64,000 bases of DNA, from assembly GCA_963662585.1 (NCBI GenBank), contig OY759729.1:1920001-1984000 (forward strand), given 5' to 3'. Shown here one piece after another: positions 9,698 to 20,700 of the stretch. Under the pieces are notes generated by a model. That model did not search any database. It was not told the origin of the DNA and was given only the letters and a program-made list of their open reading frames with translations. Numbering within the stretch: position 1 is the stretch's first letter; each line of letters begins with the position of its first letter. The DNA comes from Candidatus Cloacimonadales bacterium (GTDB taxonomy: Bacteria; Cloacimonadota; Cloacimonadia; Cloacimonadales; JAFGVF01). A program made the position numbers and the translations under genes.

Positions 9698-11276
9698 ACA
9701 TAATTTTTCAACAATTTACTTCACTTTCGGTTTTGTAGTAATTATAGCAATCTTCATAGGATTCAGTCAGATACTAATCAAAAGCTTGAGAGAAGATTCC
9801 AAAAAAGCACCTTCACTATTTGCCAATTATATTTATAATACAAAATCTTATTTAGATGAAGCTCAAAAAAACTATAATGAGATAGTAACAAGTTTAGAAT
9901 TAATCAATAAAAATTATCATCAAGCTAACGAAAATTCTCAGTTATTAGCTAAAATATTTGATCGATGGATTAGAAGTCTAAGTCAAATACAAGGTGAAGA
10001 GGGTTTCTATGATTACTTCTCCTCAGAGTTCACTGAAGAGCTAAAGTTTCCTCTAATTCTCACTGATGATAAGAAGAAACCTTTAACTTGGAAAAACATA
10101 TCTATCCCAGAAGTTAGTTATCAAGACCTAGATGTTGTTTCTAAAGATAGTCTAAATGCCCTCATTGATAGAATGGAATTTATTGATGTAGAAGTTTCAG
10201 GCAAGATAATTAACTATGTTTACTATTTACCAATTAAAAATTATTTAAAAGAACCTCCTTTGCCTCCTAAAAAGTTTGAAGATTTCATCAAATCCATGGA
10301 ACAACCAATTATAATAACTAATAAAAATAATATTCCAATTATTTGGAACAATATCGAAGGTGTAGGGAATAATCAAGAATACATGCAACTTAACACTGCA
10401 GCAAAAAGTACTCTTACAAGTGCAATTAATGAAATGAATGCTATCCCTATTGAATCTGAGAATGTTGATATTGGGATAATCTATATTACTGAACTAGAGG
10501 CGATTAAGAATTTAAATGCTTTTACTTTACTTCAGCTTCTATTAGTTATTCTCTTTTTCTTAATCGGTTTCTTAGGCTTAAGATTAATCAAAAGGACTGA
10601 AAGTGACCTTATCTGGGTGGGATTAGCTAAAGAGACTGCCCATCAGCTGGGAACTCCTATAACTTCCCTTTTAGGTTGGATAGAGTATCTCAAGATTAAG
10701 GAAGAGTTTCAGAATGAAGAAAATGCAGAGATGCTAAACTTCATGGAGAATGATGTATCTCATCTCAAGAAGATAGCTTCCCGTTTTGGTAAAATTGGTT
10801 CAAAGGTAGAATTAGTTCCACTGGAACTTGAGCCTCTTCTACAAGAGAGCGTAGAGTATGTTAGACAAAGACTTCCTCACCTGGGTAAGACTATAAGCTT
10901 AGAACTAAGAAGTAATTTGGGAGATACCCAGGTTAAAACAGAAAAAGAGCTATTTGGCTGGGTGCTTGAGAATTTACTTAAGAATTGTGTTGATGCTCTT
11001 TGTGATAAGGGTGGCAAAATAGAAGTTATAGCTAAAATAAAGAATAGCGATGTTTTAATTCTTGTTAGTGATAATGGAAAAGGGATTGATAAACACTTTA
11101 TTAACAAGGTTTTTGAAGCAGGTGTAACAACCAAGAAACGAGGCTGGGGCTTAGGCTTAAGTTTGGTAAGAAGAATAGTTGTTGATTATCATAAAGGAAA
11201 AATCAGAGTAGCCAAGAGTGTTGTGAACAAAGGAACTACTTTCGAAATTACTTTACCTATATATGAGGAGAATTAG
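9639..11276 (+). CDS. Membrane sensor histidine kinase
   Basis: Two TM segments; H-box AKETAHQLGTPITSL; ENLLKNCVDA, DNGKGI, TTKKRGWGLGL; start codon uncertain. Confidence 0.92.
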   Translation: MKKVWKNSIKSGILSKKLNRHNFSTIYFTFGFVVIIAIFIGFSQILIKSLREDSKKAPSLFANYIYNTKSYLDEAQKNYNEIVTSLELINKNYHQANENSQLLAKIFDRWIRSLSQIQGEEGFYDYFSSEFTEELKFPLILTDDKKKPLTWKNISIPEVSYQDLDVVSKDSLNALIDRMEFIDVEVSGKIINYVYYLPIKNYLKEPPLPPKKFEDFIKSMEQPIIITNKNNIPIIWNNIEGVGNNQEYMQLNTAAKSTLTSAINEMNAIPIESENVDIGIIYITELEAIKNLNAFTLLQLLLVILFFLIGFLGLRLIKRTESDLIWVGLAKETAHQLGTPITSLLGWIEYLKIKEEFQNEENAEMLNFMENDVSHLKKIASRFGKIGSKVELVPLELEPLLQESVEYVRQRLPHLGKTISLELRSNLGDTQVKTEKELFGWVLENLLKNCVDALCDKGGKIEVIAKIKNSDVLILVSDNGKGIDKHFINKVFEAGVTTKKRGWGLGLSLVRRIVVDYHKGKIRVAKSVVNKGTTFEITLPIYEEN

Positions 11277-12761
11277 ATGCAAGAGCAATTCGTGGTTAGT
11301 CGCGCTCAGATGTACCAATTAGATAAGAGAACCATGCAAGAATATCCATTGGACTCGCAAGTTCTAATGGAAGTTGCAGGCTTAAAATCTTCTCAGAGAA
11401 TTTTAGAAATCTATGATATAAAGACTTATAAATTCCATATTTTGTGTAGTCATGGAAACAATGGTGGAGATGGTTTTGTGATAGCTCGTTGGTTAATGAA
11501 CTCTTCTGCAGAAGTTGAGATATTATTCCTGGGGCAAGAGCAGAAGATGAGTCCTGAAACCCTCAATAACTATAAACTATGTCAAAAGCTAGGCTGTTCT
11601 TTTATTAATTTAGATGACTTCCTAAATAGAGAAATCTTGCCAAATAGTGTAATAATCGATGCTTTGTTAGGAATAGGTTTTCAAGGACAGCTAAAAGAAA
11701 CTTTATTCTCTCTTATTTCTAAGGTTAATGGGGTTAATGTAGCTCGAGTTGCAATTGATATTCCTTCAGGCCTTGATGCCGATACAGGAGAGGTAAACTT
11801 AGCCTTTAAAGCAGATTATACCTTTACAATGGCTGCGCTAAAACAGGGGATGTTGCTTAACTCAGGACCAAGTTATTGTGGTAAGATAGAAGTTATAGAT
11901 ATCAGTATTCCTGACCAATATTATCAAGATTTAGATTTCTATGCTACAGTTCATTCCTGCATGGAATACCCTAAAAGGCATAGAAATTCACATAAGGGGG
12001 ATTATGGTAAGGTTCTTGTTATTGCTGGATCTCCTAGCTTCTCTGGGGCTGCTATTCTCTCTTCTAAAGCCTGCGTTAAAGCTGGCGCTGGTTTAGTCAA
12101 ACTTCTTCATCCTCAAGGAATGGAAAATATCTTCGAAAGTTCTTTAACTGAGATTATGACTCAAGGAATAACTTCTGATTCTAACATAGAAGAATATTTC
12201 GACTGGTCTGATGTAATTCTTATTGGTCCAGGTTTAGGACAAGGTCCAGAAGCTGTAAAACTGTTAACAAAAATACTGAAAGAATATGATAAGAAGTTAG
12301 TGGTTGATGCTGATGGAATAAATATTATCGCCCAAAACAAGAAATTGCTTTTAGCAACTAAAGCTCAAATTTTACTAACTCCTCATCTAGGGGAATTTAG
12401 TAGGTTAGTTAATATTCCTCTGGCAGATATTAGGTTAGACCTAATTAGTCAAGCTAGAAAGTTCGTTGATGAATATAATATTTCCTTACTTATAAAGAGT
12501 GCTAATACTTTTTATATTGATAAGAATAGAGCAAGCTTTAACCTTCGAGGAAATGATGGATTATCTACAGGTGGTAGTGGTGATGTGCTGGCAGGAATAA
12601 TCACAAGCTTTATTGGACAAAAGATGAATATGGCAGGAGCAGCAATTAATGCTTCTTATTATCTAGGGAAATTAGCTGAGAAAATGTGTGAAACTCAAGA
12701 AACTTTTTCTCTTATTCCTTCAGAAATAATCGCTAATATAGGGAAATGGAGTATAACTTAA
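11277..12761 (+). CDS. nnr: Bifunctional NAD(P)H-hydrate epimerase/dehydratase
   Basis: LMEVAG, GNNGGDG, DALLGIG, DIPSG, HKGDYG, IGPGLG, DADG, TPHLGE, GGSGDVLAG. Confidence 0.95.
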   Translation: MQEQFVVSRAQMYQLDKRTMQEYPLDSQVLMEVAGLKSSQRILEIYDIKTYKFHILCSHGNNGGDGFVIARWLMNSSAEVEILFLGQEQKMSPETLNNYKLCQKLGCSFINLDDFLNREILPNSVIIDALLGIGFQGQLKETLFSLISKVNGVNVARVAIDIPSGLDADTGEVNLAFKADYTFTMAALKQGMLLNSGPSYCGKIEVIDISIPDQYYQDLDFYATVHSCMEYPKRHRNSHKGDYGKVLVIAGSPSFSGAAILSSKACVKAGAGLVKLLHPQGMENIFESSLTEIMTQGITSDSNIEEYFDWSDVILIGPGLGQGPEAVKLLTKILKEYDKKLVVDADGINIIAQNKKLLLATKAQILLTPHLGEFSRLVNIPLADIRLDLISQARKFVDEYNISLLIKSANTFYIDKNRASFNLRGNDGLSTGGSGDVLAGIITSFIGQKMNMAGAAINASYYLGKLAEKMCETQETFSLIPSEIIANIGKWSIT

Positions 12762-12791
12762 TTTTACAAAGAGTGTAGATTAGGAGGTTAA

Positions 12792-14396
12792 ATGAGGAGA
12801 CTGGGGATTATTCTCTTCGCTTTAGGGTTTTGGTTAATAGGTAATTGTGAAATTATTATCAATGAAGTGTTTTATGATGCTGTGGGTAGTGATGATCAAC
12901 AAGAGTGGATAGAGCTCTATAATAATGGCTTAGAAGATATAAATTTACAGGGGTGGTTATTACAGGCTGGAGGAGGAAACTTTTCAGATCTTTATACTTT
13001 CCCATCCATAGTTATTCGGGCCGGTGCTTTCTTTCTTATAAGTGAATTTCCTCACCCTCTATCTAATATGATTACTGAACTAGGTTTTGAAAATGGGGGT
13101 TCTGCTACAGATGGAGTAAGAATCATTAATCCAGCTAATTTATATCATGATACTATTTTATATGATTCTCCTAACAGTAATAATTTGCAGGGAGATAGCC
13201 AAATTCAAACACCTTGTATTAATCCAGCTCCAGGCTATTCTTTAGCCAGAATTTCAGATGGAGTTGATACTAACTTGGCTGATGATTGGTTCTCTTGTTC
13301 CAATCCAACTCCTGGTACTACTAATAATATTGAAAAGACAGTCACCTTGAAGAGCTGTGAGGCAGTCACCAATGGGGGCAGTATTGATATATCCACAGTT
13401 ATCCTCAACTTATCCACATGCTTGGTGGATAACCGTGATTTAGGCATTAAAATCAGCTTTAATAGTGAGTTAAAAAATTATGATGACCTATCAATGATTG
13501 CAGCATTGGATAGCATAACATACTGTGTTTCAATAGAAAATGAATTTCATGAAGCAGGACAACTAGAAGTGGAACTTATTAATAATAGTAATACACACAT
13601 TGTGGATAACTTGTGGGTAAAGTGGATAAGCTACCAGAATCCCGTCTTATCTTTATCGGAAATTATGTACTATCCACAGGTTAATCAAACAGAGTGGGTG
13701 GAGGTTAAATTGCTTAATGATATTGTTGATTCAGAAATCTCTATCTTTGATGCCACAGGCAGTCAAGCAGAGGCTGTAATAAATGGAAGAAGCGGAGATT
13801 ATATTGTTATTGCTGAAGATAGATCTAATCTCTTGAATACCTTTAGTCATTGTGATTCCCTTAAAGTATTTCAAGCTAAGGCTTGGGTTCGCTTGAACAA
13901 TACAGGTGATTCCCTAGTACTTAAGTATTTTGATAGCCTTTTGGATTCTCTAAGCTATGAAAATAACTCAACTTCCCAAGGATATTCCTTAGAGTATTCT
14001 GAGATTAATAATAATTGGTATCCTTCTAGTGCTGGCCAAGGAGCAAGTCCGACAGAAGCAAACTCTTCTTTCTCCAATCCCCAAGTAAATGATGGCTCAG
14101 GGGTGAAAGTAGTCAATAATTTAATCTCAATTAAAAGGGGTAGAGTCTTTAGTGTTAATTTTGAGTTGCAAAAACTTGTTAATTCCTTAGAACTTCAATT
14201 GTTTGACATTAGGGGAAAAGAACTTAATACTATAAGAGCAAATTTCTCTAATCAATATAGTGGTGAATACAGTTGGGATGGCTACTTACAAGGAAAATAT
14301 CTTCCTAGCGGACTTTACCCAGCTATTATAAAAATTAAAGCTGAAAATGGCCGTTGTTTAGAAGAAAAAAAGATAATTATCACGATAAATCGATAA
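12792..14396 (+). CDS. Secreted lamin-tail-domain protein with C-terminal FlgD-Ig/sorting-like domain
   Basis: IIINEVFYD...EWIELYN, LSEIMYYP...EWVEV, PTPG; C-terminal LFDIRGK...WDG...LPSGLY. Confidence 0.75.
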   Translation: MRRLGIILFALGFWLIGNCEIIINEVFYDAVGSDDQQEWIELYNNGLEDINLQGWLLQAGGGNFSDLYTFPSIVIRAGAFFLISEFPHPLSNMITELGFENGGSATDGVRIINPANLYHDTILYDSPNSNNLQGDSQIQTPCINPAPGYSLARISDGVDTNLADDWFSCSNPTPGTTNNIEKTVTLKSCEAVTNGGSIDISTVILNLSTCLVDNRDLGIKISFNSELKNYDDLSMIAALDSITYCVSIENEFHEAGQLEVELINNSNTHIVDNLWVKWISYQNPVLSLSEIMYYPQVNQTEWVEVKLLNDIVDSEISIFDATGSQAEAVINGRSGDYIVIAEDRSNLLNTFSHCDSLKVFQAKAWVRLNNTGDSLVLKYFDSLLDSLSYENNSTSQGYSLEYSEINNNWYPSSAGQGASPTEANSSFSNPQVNDGSGVKVVNNLISIKRGRVFSVNFELQKLVNSLELQLFDIRGKELNTIRANFSNQYSGEYSWDGYLQGKYLPSGLYPAIIKIKAENGRCLEEKKIIITINR

Positions 14397-14523
14397 AAAA
14401 ATTGACAAATGCTGGGTATGTAATTATTTGACTTTAGAAGGGAGCTCAAAGATATATGATAATGAAAAATAGAATAGTGGTGATTTTAATTTTTAGTGTT
14501 TCTAAAAATATATACAATGATAT

Positions 14524-14562
14524 AATAGCACTTACTCATTAGGGTAGATGCTATTTTTTTTT
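14524..14562 (+). terminator. Intrinsic terminator-like hairpin in the nadC leader
   Basis: AATAGCA-CTTACTC-ATTA-GGGTAGA-TGCTATT followed by a T run, about 20 nt before the nadC start. Confidence 0.55.
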
Positions 14563-14583
14563 GCTCAAAAATGGGGTACTTAA

Positions 14584-15408
14584 ATGGACATCAAAGAATT
14601 AATTAAACAGAGTCTTTTAGAGGATATCGGTAGCGGTGATATAACTACTGAATCATTAGATTTGGTAAAAACAATCACTCAAGCAAGTATGATAGCTAAA
14701 GAAGATGGGGTCATTGCTGGACTTAATATCTTCTATGAAGTATTTAATCAAATAGATCCAGATATTAAAATAACTTTTTATAAAAAAGATGGTGATAAAG
14801 TAACTAATAAAGAACCTATTGCCAAGTTAGAAGGTAATCCTGCTTCATTATTAAAAGGTGAAAGAGTCGCCCTTAATTTTATCCAAAGGATGAGTGGTAT
14901 TGCTTCCCAAACTGCCAAGATGGTAGAGAAGCTATCTGGAACCAATGCTAAGCTCCTAGATACCAGAAAAACTACTCCTATGCTTCGTCAGTTAGAGAAG
15001 TATGCTGTAAAAGTAGGAGGAGGATTTAACCACCGATTTGGACTTTATGATATGATAATGCTGAAAGAGAATCATATCAGAGCTGCCGGTTCAATTACTA
15101 AAGCTGTGCAAATGGTTAAAAAGAATAACTGTACCTATAAAATTGAAGTAGAAGTTACCAATCTTGAAGAGCTTAAAGAAGCAGTAGAGGTAAATGTAGA
15201 TAGAGTAATGTTAGATAATATGAGTGTTGAAACTATGAAGCAAGCTGTCGAATTATACAAGGGTAAAGTAGAATTAGAAGCTTCAGGAAATGTTAGATTA
15301 GAAACAATTAGAGAAATTGCAGAAACCGGAGTTGATTATATCTCAAGTGGATCAATGACTCATTCTTATAAATCGCTAGATATTAGTTTATTATTCAGGG
15401 AGAACTAA
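14584..15408 (+). CDS. nadC: Quinolinate phosphoribosyltransferase (nicotinate-nucleotide diphosphorylase)
   Basis: EDIGSGDIT, ERVALN, DTRKTTP, NHRFGL, KENHI, EVEV, MLDNM, EASG. Confidence 0.97.
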   Translation: MDIKELIKQSLLEDIGSGDITTESLDLVKTITQASMIAKEDGVIAGLNIFYEVFNQIDPDIKITFYKKDGDKVTNKEPIAKLEGNPASLLKGERVALNFIQRMSGIASQTAKMVEKLSGTNAKLLDTRKTTPMLRQLEKYAVKVGGGFNHRFGLYDMIMLKENHIRAAGSITKAVQMVKKNNCTYKIEVEVTNLEELKEAVEVNVDRVMLDNMSVETMKQAVELYKGKVELEASGNVRLETIREIAETGVDYISSGSMTHSYKSLDISLLFREN

Positions 15409-15409
15409 A

Positions 15410-16120
15410 ATGAAGAAAAAAGTTGAATGTTTAATCGCAATGCAACAATGTGATGACAAAATTGCTGACAAAGAGAATTTGAAATCTGAACTACCTAAAC
15501 AATTACAAAGCTTAATTGAAGAAGAACAAATAGCTCAAACCGCTGTAGCTGAAACTACTGAAGAGATAAATCAAGTAGTAATAGCACAAAAAGACAAAGA
15601 GATCATGATCAAACAGAATAAAGAGAAAGCTCAAAAATATGAAGAACAATTAGCTACTATTAAAACTAATAAAGAGTATAAAGCTCTTAATAGCGAAATT
15701 GCTCTTTTATCAAGCTTAAACTCTGAATTAGAATCTGAAATTCTCGCTTTTATGGAAAGAGAAAATGAACTTAAGGCTATCAAAGCTGAAAGAGAAAAGG
15801 TGCTCAAAGAGAAACATAAAAACTTAACAGATCAAGAAGATATTCTTAAGAAAGAGATTGACGGTTTAGATAGTGAAATTGAGAAAATGAAAAAAGAAAG
15901 AAATTCTCTAGCTATTGATTTACCTAAAAATATGATCAAGCAATATAAAATTCTTATTATCAATAGAAACAGAAAAGCTGTCTCTTTTGAACAAGAAGGT
16001 GCTTGCTCAGCTTGTGGTTTCAAAGTTAGACCTCAACTTATTATTGAATTAGAAAAACAAGACAAAATTCTCTTCTGCGAAAACTGTAATAGATTCTTAG
16101 TTAGAAAACCAATGTATTAA
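15410..16120 (+). CDS. Coiled-coil protein with C4-type zinc ribbon (CT398/DUF164-like)
   Basis: Long coiled coil with KTNKEYKAL, then CSAC...CENC. Confidence 0.85.
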   Translation: MKKKVECLIAMQQCDDKIADKENLKSELPKQLQSLIEEEQIAQTAVAETTEEINQVVIAQKDKEIMIKQNKEKAQKYEEQLATIKTNKEYKALNSEIALLSSLNSELESEILAFMERENELKAIKAEREKVLKEKHKNLTDQEDILKKEIDGLDSEIEKMKKERNSLAIDLPKNMIKQYKILIINRNRKAVSFEQEGACSACGFKVRPQLIIELEKQDKILFCENCNRFLVRKPMY

Positions 16121-16131
16121 AAAAAGTTTTA

Positions 16132-16527
16132 GCTAAAAGAGGATAATATGTCTGCGTGATTTGTTTAGGCAAGTTACGAGGAAAGTCCGGACACCGTAGG
16201 GTATGATGCTTCCTAACGGGAAGTCTTGGTGACAAGAAGCTAGCTCCACAGAAAATAACCGCTTGGATACGAAAGTTGAATAAGTAAGGGTGAAAAGGTA
16301 GTGTAAGAGACTACCAGATACCTTGGTGACAAGGTATGCTCGGAATGCCTCATCAGGTGCAATGCCAAATAGGGGAGCTTGAAGTGACCCGCTTCTATAA
16401 CTCTCGGGTAGGCAGCTTAAATCGGCTTTTATAGACATTAGTGTGTGGCAACACCCGATTTAGATGAATAGACATAATACTACTTCTTAGGTAGTAAACA
16501 GAATCCGGCTTAATATCTTCTTTTAGC
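16132..16527 (+). ncRNA. rnpB: RNase P RNA
   Basis: GAGGAAAGTCCGG near the 5' end, CCACAGAAA, GGGTGAAAAGGTAGTGTAAGAG, ACAGAATCCGGCTTA at the 3' end; P1 stem GCTAAAAGAGGATA / TATCTTCTTTTAGC. Confidence 0.95.
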
Positions 16528-16547
16528 ATTAGTATATTATTAAAAAA

Positions 16548-16578
16548 AGCCTATGAGATTATTCATAGGCTATTTTTA
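16548..16578 (+). terminator. Intrinsic terminator after rnpB
   Basis: AGCCTATGA-loop-TCATAGGCT plus T-rich tail. Confidence 0.75.
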
Positions 16579-16766
16579 TTACGAAAAAAATTATAGACTA
16601 TTTTACTTGACAAATAATAATCGGATAATAATGTAATTAAAAATAAATTCTTTCTTTCCCGAATTATATAATATATACTAAATAATTTTTAATTTATGAT
16701 AATATCAATGTTACGGATATAAAAAAAATAATAGATAAAGTTGCTTACGACCAATGGAGATTAAAT

Positions 16767-17765
16767 TTGAATAGACCCAAAGAAGAAGATATTAAGGATA
16801 CATGGTTATTTGATAAATATCCTGAACTTCTTAACATCCTTTTGTTAGATCATACTACAAAAAAGAACATTTTCTGGGCTACAGAGAATTATCGATCATT
16901 AGGTAACGGTTTTAAGTATGCTGAACCAATTCTTCCTGATTTAATAACAGGTTCGAATATGGATATTTTAAAGCCCAGAGTTAAAAAAGAACAGGATCTT
17001 CAACAAGTAAGAATTCGAGAAATGGCAGAAGTTTTTACTCCTTCTTGGATTTGCAATATTCAAAACAATTTGATTGATAATGCTTGGTTTGGTTATGAAA
17101 ATATCTTCAATACCGAGATTACTCTTGCTGATGGAAAAAATTCCTGGAAAGTATGTCATGATAAGATTACTTTTCCTGAAGGGAAAACTTGGAAAGATTA
17201 TGTCAAAGAATCTAGGTTGGAAATGGCTTGTGGAGAAGCTCCCTATATTATTAGCAGATATGACGCGACAACAGGAGAATTTATCCCTATTGAAAGGCGA
17301 ATTGGATTGTTAGATAGAAAGTTAAGAGTGATTAATGAAAATGTAGCCAAATCAGGTGAATGGTTAAAAGCAGTACAGCTTGCTTATATGAGTATTTATG
17401 CATTTGAATGGCAAGGGGATAACCTATTATTAGCAAGAATGGAAATGTTGTTAACATTTATTGATAATTATAAGTTAAAATTTGGAAGAAATCCTATTTT
17501 TCGATCTATGAAATACATAGCTTATATAATATCATGGAATGTTTGGCAAATGGATGGGCTGAAAGGGGTTATTCCAAATAGTTGTAAGGAAACAGAAATT
17601 GAAAATTTATTCGGAGCAATTGAAAAAAAACAATGCTATGGTTGTCTTAAGGATAATATGAAAAAGCATAATGGAATTTATTGTCTAATTAAAGATTGGA
17701 AATCAAAGAATCTAGAAACAGGAAAACAAGGAAACATAATCAGATTCGTTGATCTGATAAAGTAG
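16767..17765 (+). CDS. R-M-associated partial DNA methyltransferase-like protein
   Basis: Motif X-like AEVFTPSW, motif I-like LEMACGEAPY, IYAFEWQGDNL, WQMDG; no N/DPPY motif IV. Confidence 0.75.
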   Translation: MNRPKEEDIKDTWLFDKYPELLNILLLDHTTKKNIFWATENYRSLGNGFKYAEPILPDLITGSNMDILKPRVKKEQDLQQVRIREMAEVFTPSWICNIQNNLIDNAWFGYENIFNTEITLADGKNSWKVCHDKITFPEGKTWKDYVKESRLEMACGEAPYIISRYDATTGEFIPIERRIGLLDRKLRVINENVAKSGEWLKAVQLAYMSIYAFEWQGDNLLLARMEMLLTFIDNYKLKFGRNPIFRSMKYIAYIISWNVWQMDGLKGVIPNSCKETEIENLFGAIEKKQCYGCLKDNMKKHNGIYCLIKDWKSKNLETGKQGNIIRFVDLIK

Positions 17766-17770
17766 GTTAC

Positions 17771-20700
17771 ATGAAATATAAATCATCGCTCAAATTAAAA
17801 CTAATATATGTGTTTCGAATAAATGATGCTGCTCATAAAGGCTCATTGAAAATTGGTGAGACTACTTCTGATAAAGAGTTAACTGATAATTTAAAACCTA
17901 ATTGTAAAAACCTTAATGATGCAGCGAAAAAGAGAATTAACCAATTCACTCAGACTGCTGGTATTAAATATGATTTGTTGTATACAGAACTCACGATCTA
18001 CAATTTTAAAGGATGTTTGCATTCATTTTCTGATTCTGAAGTACACAATGTTTTAATTCGCTCAGGAATTAAAAGAAGAATATTTGATAATGAAAATAAA
18101 GCTAATGAATGGTTTGAAACTGATCTAGAAACCGTTAAGAATGCTATTAAAGCAGTTAAAGAAGGCAGAGATTCATTGAATAATAGTGAAATCACTAATG
18201 AAGGTAACCCCATAATTTTTAGACCAGAACAAAAGGAAGCAATTAAAAAAACAATAAATCATTTTAAAAAAAACAATGAAATGCTTTGGTATGCAAAAAT
18301 GAGGTTTGGAAAAACTCTGTCAGCCCTACAAGTAGTCAAAAAAATGAATGTTAAAAAGACCTTAATTCTCACACATCGTCCTGTTGTTGATGATGGATGG
18401 TACGAAGATTTTTACAAAATATTTTATGATAGAAAAGAATACGCCTATGGCTCTCAGAAAAAAGGACAAAGATTTGAAACACTAGAAAGCCAGTCAAAGG
18501 ATGAAGTTAAGCATTTTATTTACTTTGCTTCCATGCAAGATTTGAGAGGTTCAGCTCAAGTAGGAGGTAACTACGAAAAAAATGAAAGCATTTTCCAAGT
18601 TGAATGGGATTTAATCATCATTGATGAAGCTCATGAAGGAACCCAAACTGAATTAGGAATTAATGTTATAAGTGAGCTCAAAAGTTCTAATACTAAATTA
18701 CTCCACCTTTCAGGAACTCCTTTCAATTTACTAGATAACTATAAAGAGGAGGAAATCTTTACTTGGGATTATGTAATGGAGCAAAAAGCAAAAGCAAATT
18801 GGGATCAAATACATTTTGGGGACTCTAATCCATATTCCTCATTGCCCAAGTTAAATATTTTTACTTATGATTTAGGAAAATTGTTGAATAATTTTGTTGA
18901 TGAAGATGTAGCCTTTAATTTTCGTGAGTTCTTCAGAGTTAATCAAGATGGAAAATTTATACATGAAAAAGATGTTTGTTCTTTTCTAAATTTAATCTGC
19001 AAAATAGATGATAGTAGTAAATATCCCTATTCAACTAAAGAATATCGTGATAACTTTAGACATTCTCTTTGGATGGTACCTGGTGTTAAAGAAGCAAAAG
19101 CCTTAAGTTCATTGCTAAAAGCTCATCCTGTTTTTAGCCATTTCAAAATTGTAAATGTTGCAGGTGCTGGTGATGAAGAAGAATCAAACGAAAAAGCTTT
19201 TAAAAAGGTAAAAGATGCAATTACAGAGCAAGCCCAAGACACTTACACAATAACGCTATCTTGTGGAAGATTAACAACAGGTGTTTCTGTTCCTGCATGG
19301 ACAGCTGTTTTCATGCTTTCAGGCTCTTATAATACTTCTGCAGCAAGTTATATGCAAACTATTTTCAGGGTACAAACGCCTGCTACTATTAATGGTAGAG
19401 TAAAAGAAAATTGTTTTGTGTTTGATTTTGCTCCAGATAGAACACTTAAAGTAATAGCTGAAACAGCAAAAATTTCCTCCAAAGCTGGTAAAACCTCAAA
19501 TCAAGACAGAGAGATTATGTCTGAGTTTCTTAACTTTTGTCCTATTATCTCCATAGATGGCTCACGAATGGAAGATTATGATGTAGAGAGAATGTTAGAA
19601 CAATTAAAGAAAGTTTACATTGAAAAGGTTGTACAAAATGGTTTTGAAGATGAACACCTATATAACACACAGCAGTTAATGAAATTAAACGATATTGATT
19701 TGCAAGAGTTTAAAGATTTGAGGGGGATTATTGGAAGTATAAAAGCAATTCCGAAAAGTAATGACATTGATATCAATAGACAAGGTTTCACTGGTGAAGA
19801 GCTTAGCAAACTGGAAGAAGCTGAAAAAAAGACAAAAGAAAGAAAAGAACTAAGCGAAGAAGAGGAAAGGCTTCTACAAGAAAAGAAAGAAAAAAGAGAA
19901 AATTGGAAAAATGCTATTTCAATACTAAGAGGTATTTCGATAAGAATGCCTTTATTGATTTATGGAGCTGAAGTAAATAACGAAGATGAACAAATAACTA
20001 TTGATAACTTTACAGAATTAATTGATGCTCGATCTTGGGAAGAATTTATGCCTAAGAATGTTACAAAAGATTTGTTTGAAAAATTCAAGAAATATTACGA
20101 ACCTGATGTTTTCAGAGCCGCTGGTAAACGTATTAGAGCTATGGCTAGATCCGCTGATAAACTGCCTATAGAACAACGCATTGAAAAAATTACTACAATT
20201 TTTAGTCACTTTAGGAATCCAGATAAAGAAACTGTCTTAACACCTTGGCGAGTTGTTAATATGCACTTGGGAGACTGTCTTGGTGGGTATGTGTTTTTTG
20301 ATGATGATATGGAAAATCAAATTGAAAAACCTCGATATATAGACCATGGTCAGGTTACAAAAGAAGTCTTTGCTCCTGATGCAAAAATATTGGAGATAAA
20401 CTCAAAATCAGGTCTTTATCCACTGTATATAGCTTATGGAATATTCAAAAATATTTACAATACTAAATTTTTGGATAATACTAAAATCGTAAGCATCCTA
20501 GAAGAACAAGCAATCTGGGATGAAGTTGTAGCTAAAAATATCTTCGTAATTTGTAAAACTCCTATGGCAAAGAGCATAACAAAAAGAACTTTAGTAGGAT
20601 TTAGGAATTCAAAAATAAACACTCACTATTTTGAAGATTTAGTGAATCAGATAACTAATAAACAAGATAAATTTATTAGTAAAATCAAAAAAGGTGATAC

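Noticed and set aside
16133..16438. 101-aa ORF on the minus strand
   Set aside because: Antisense shadow of the RNase P RNA
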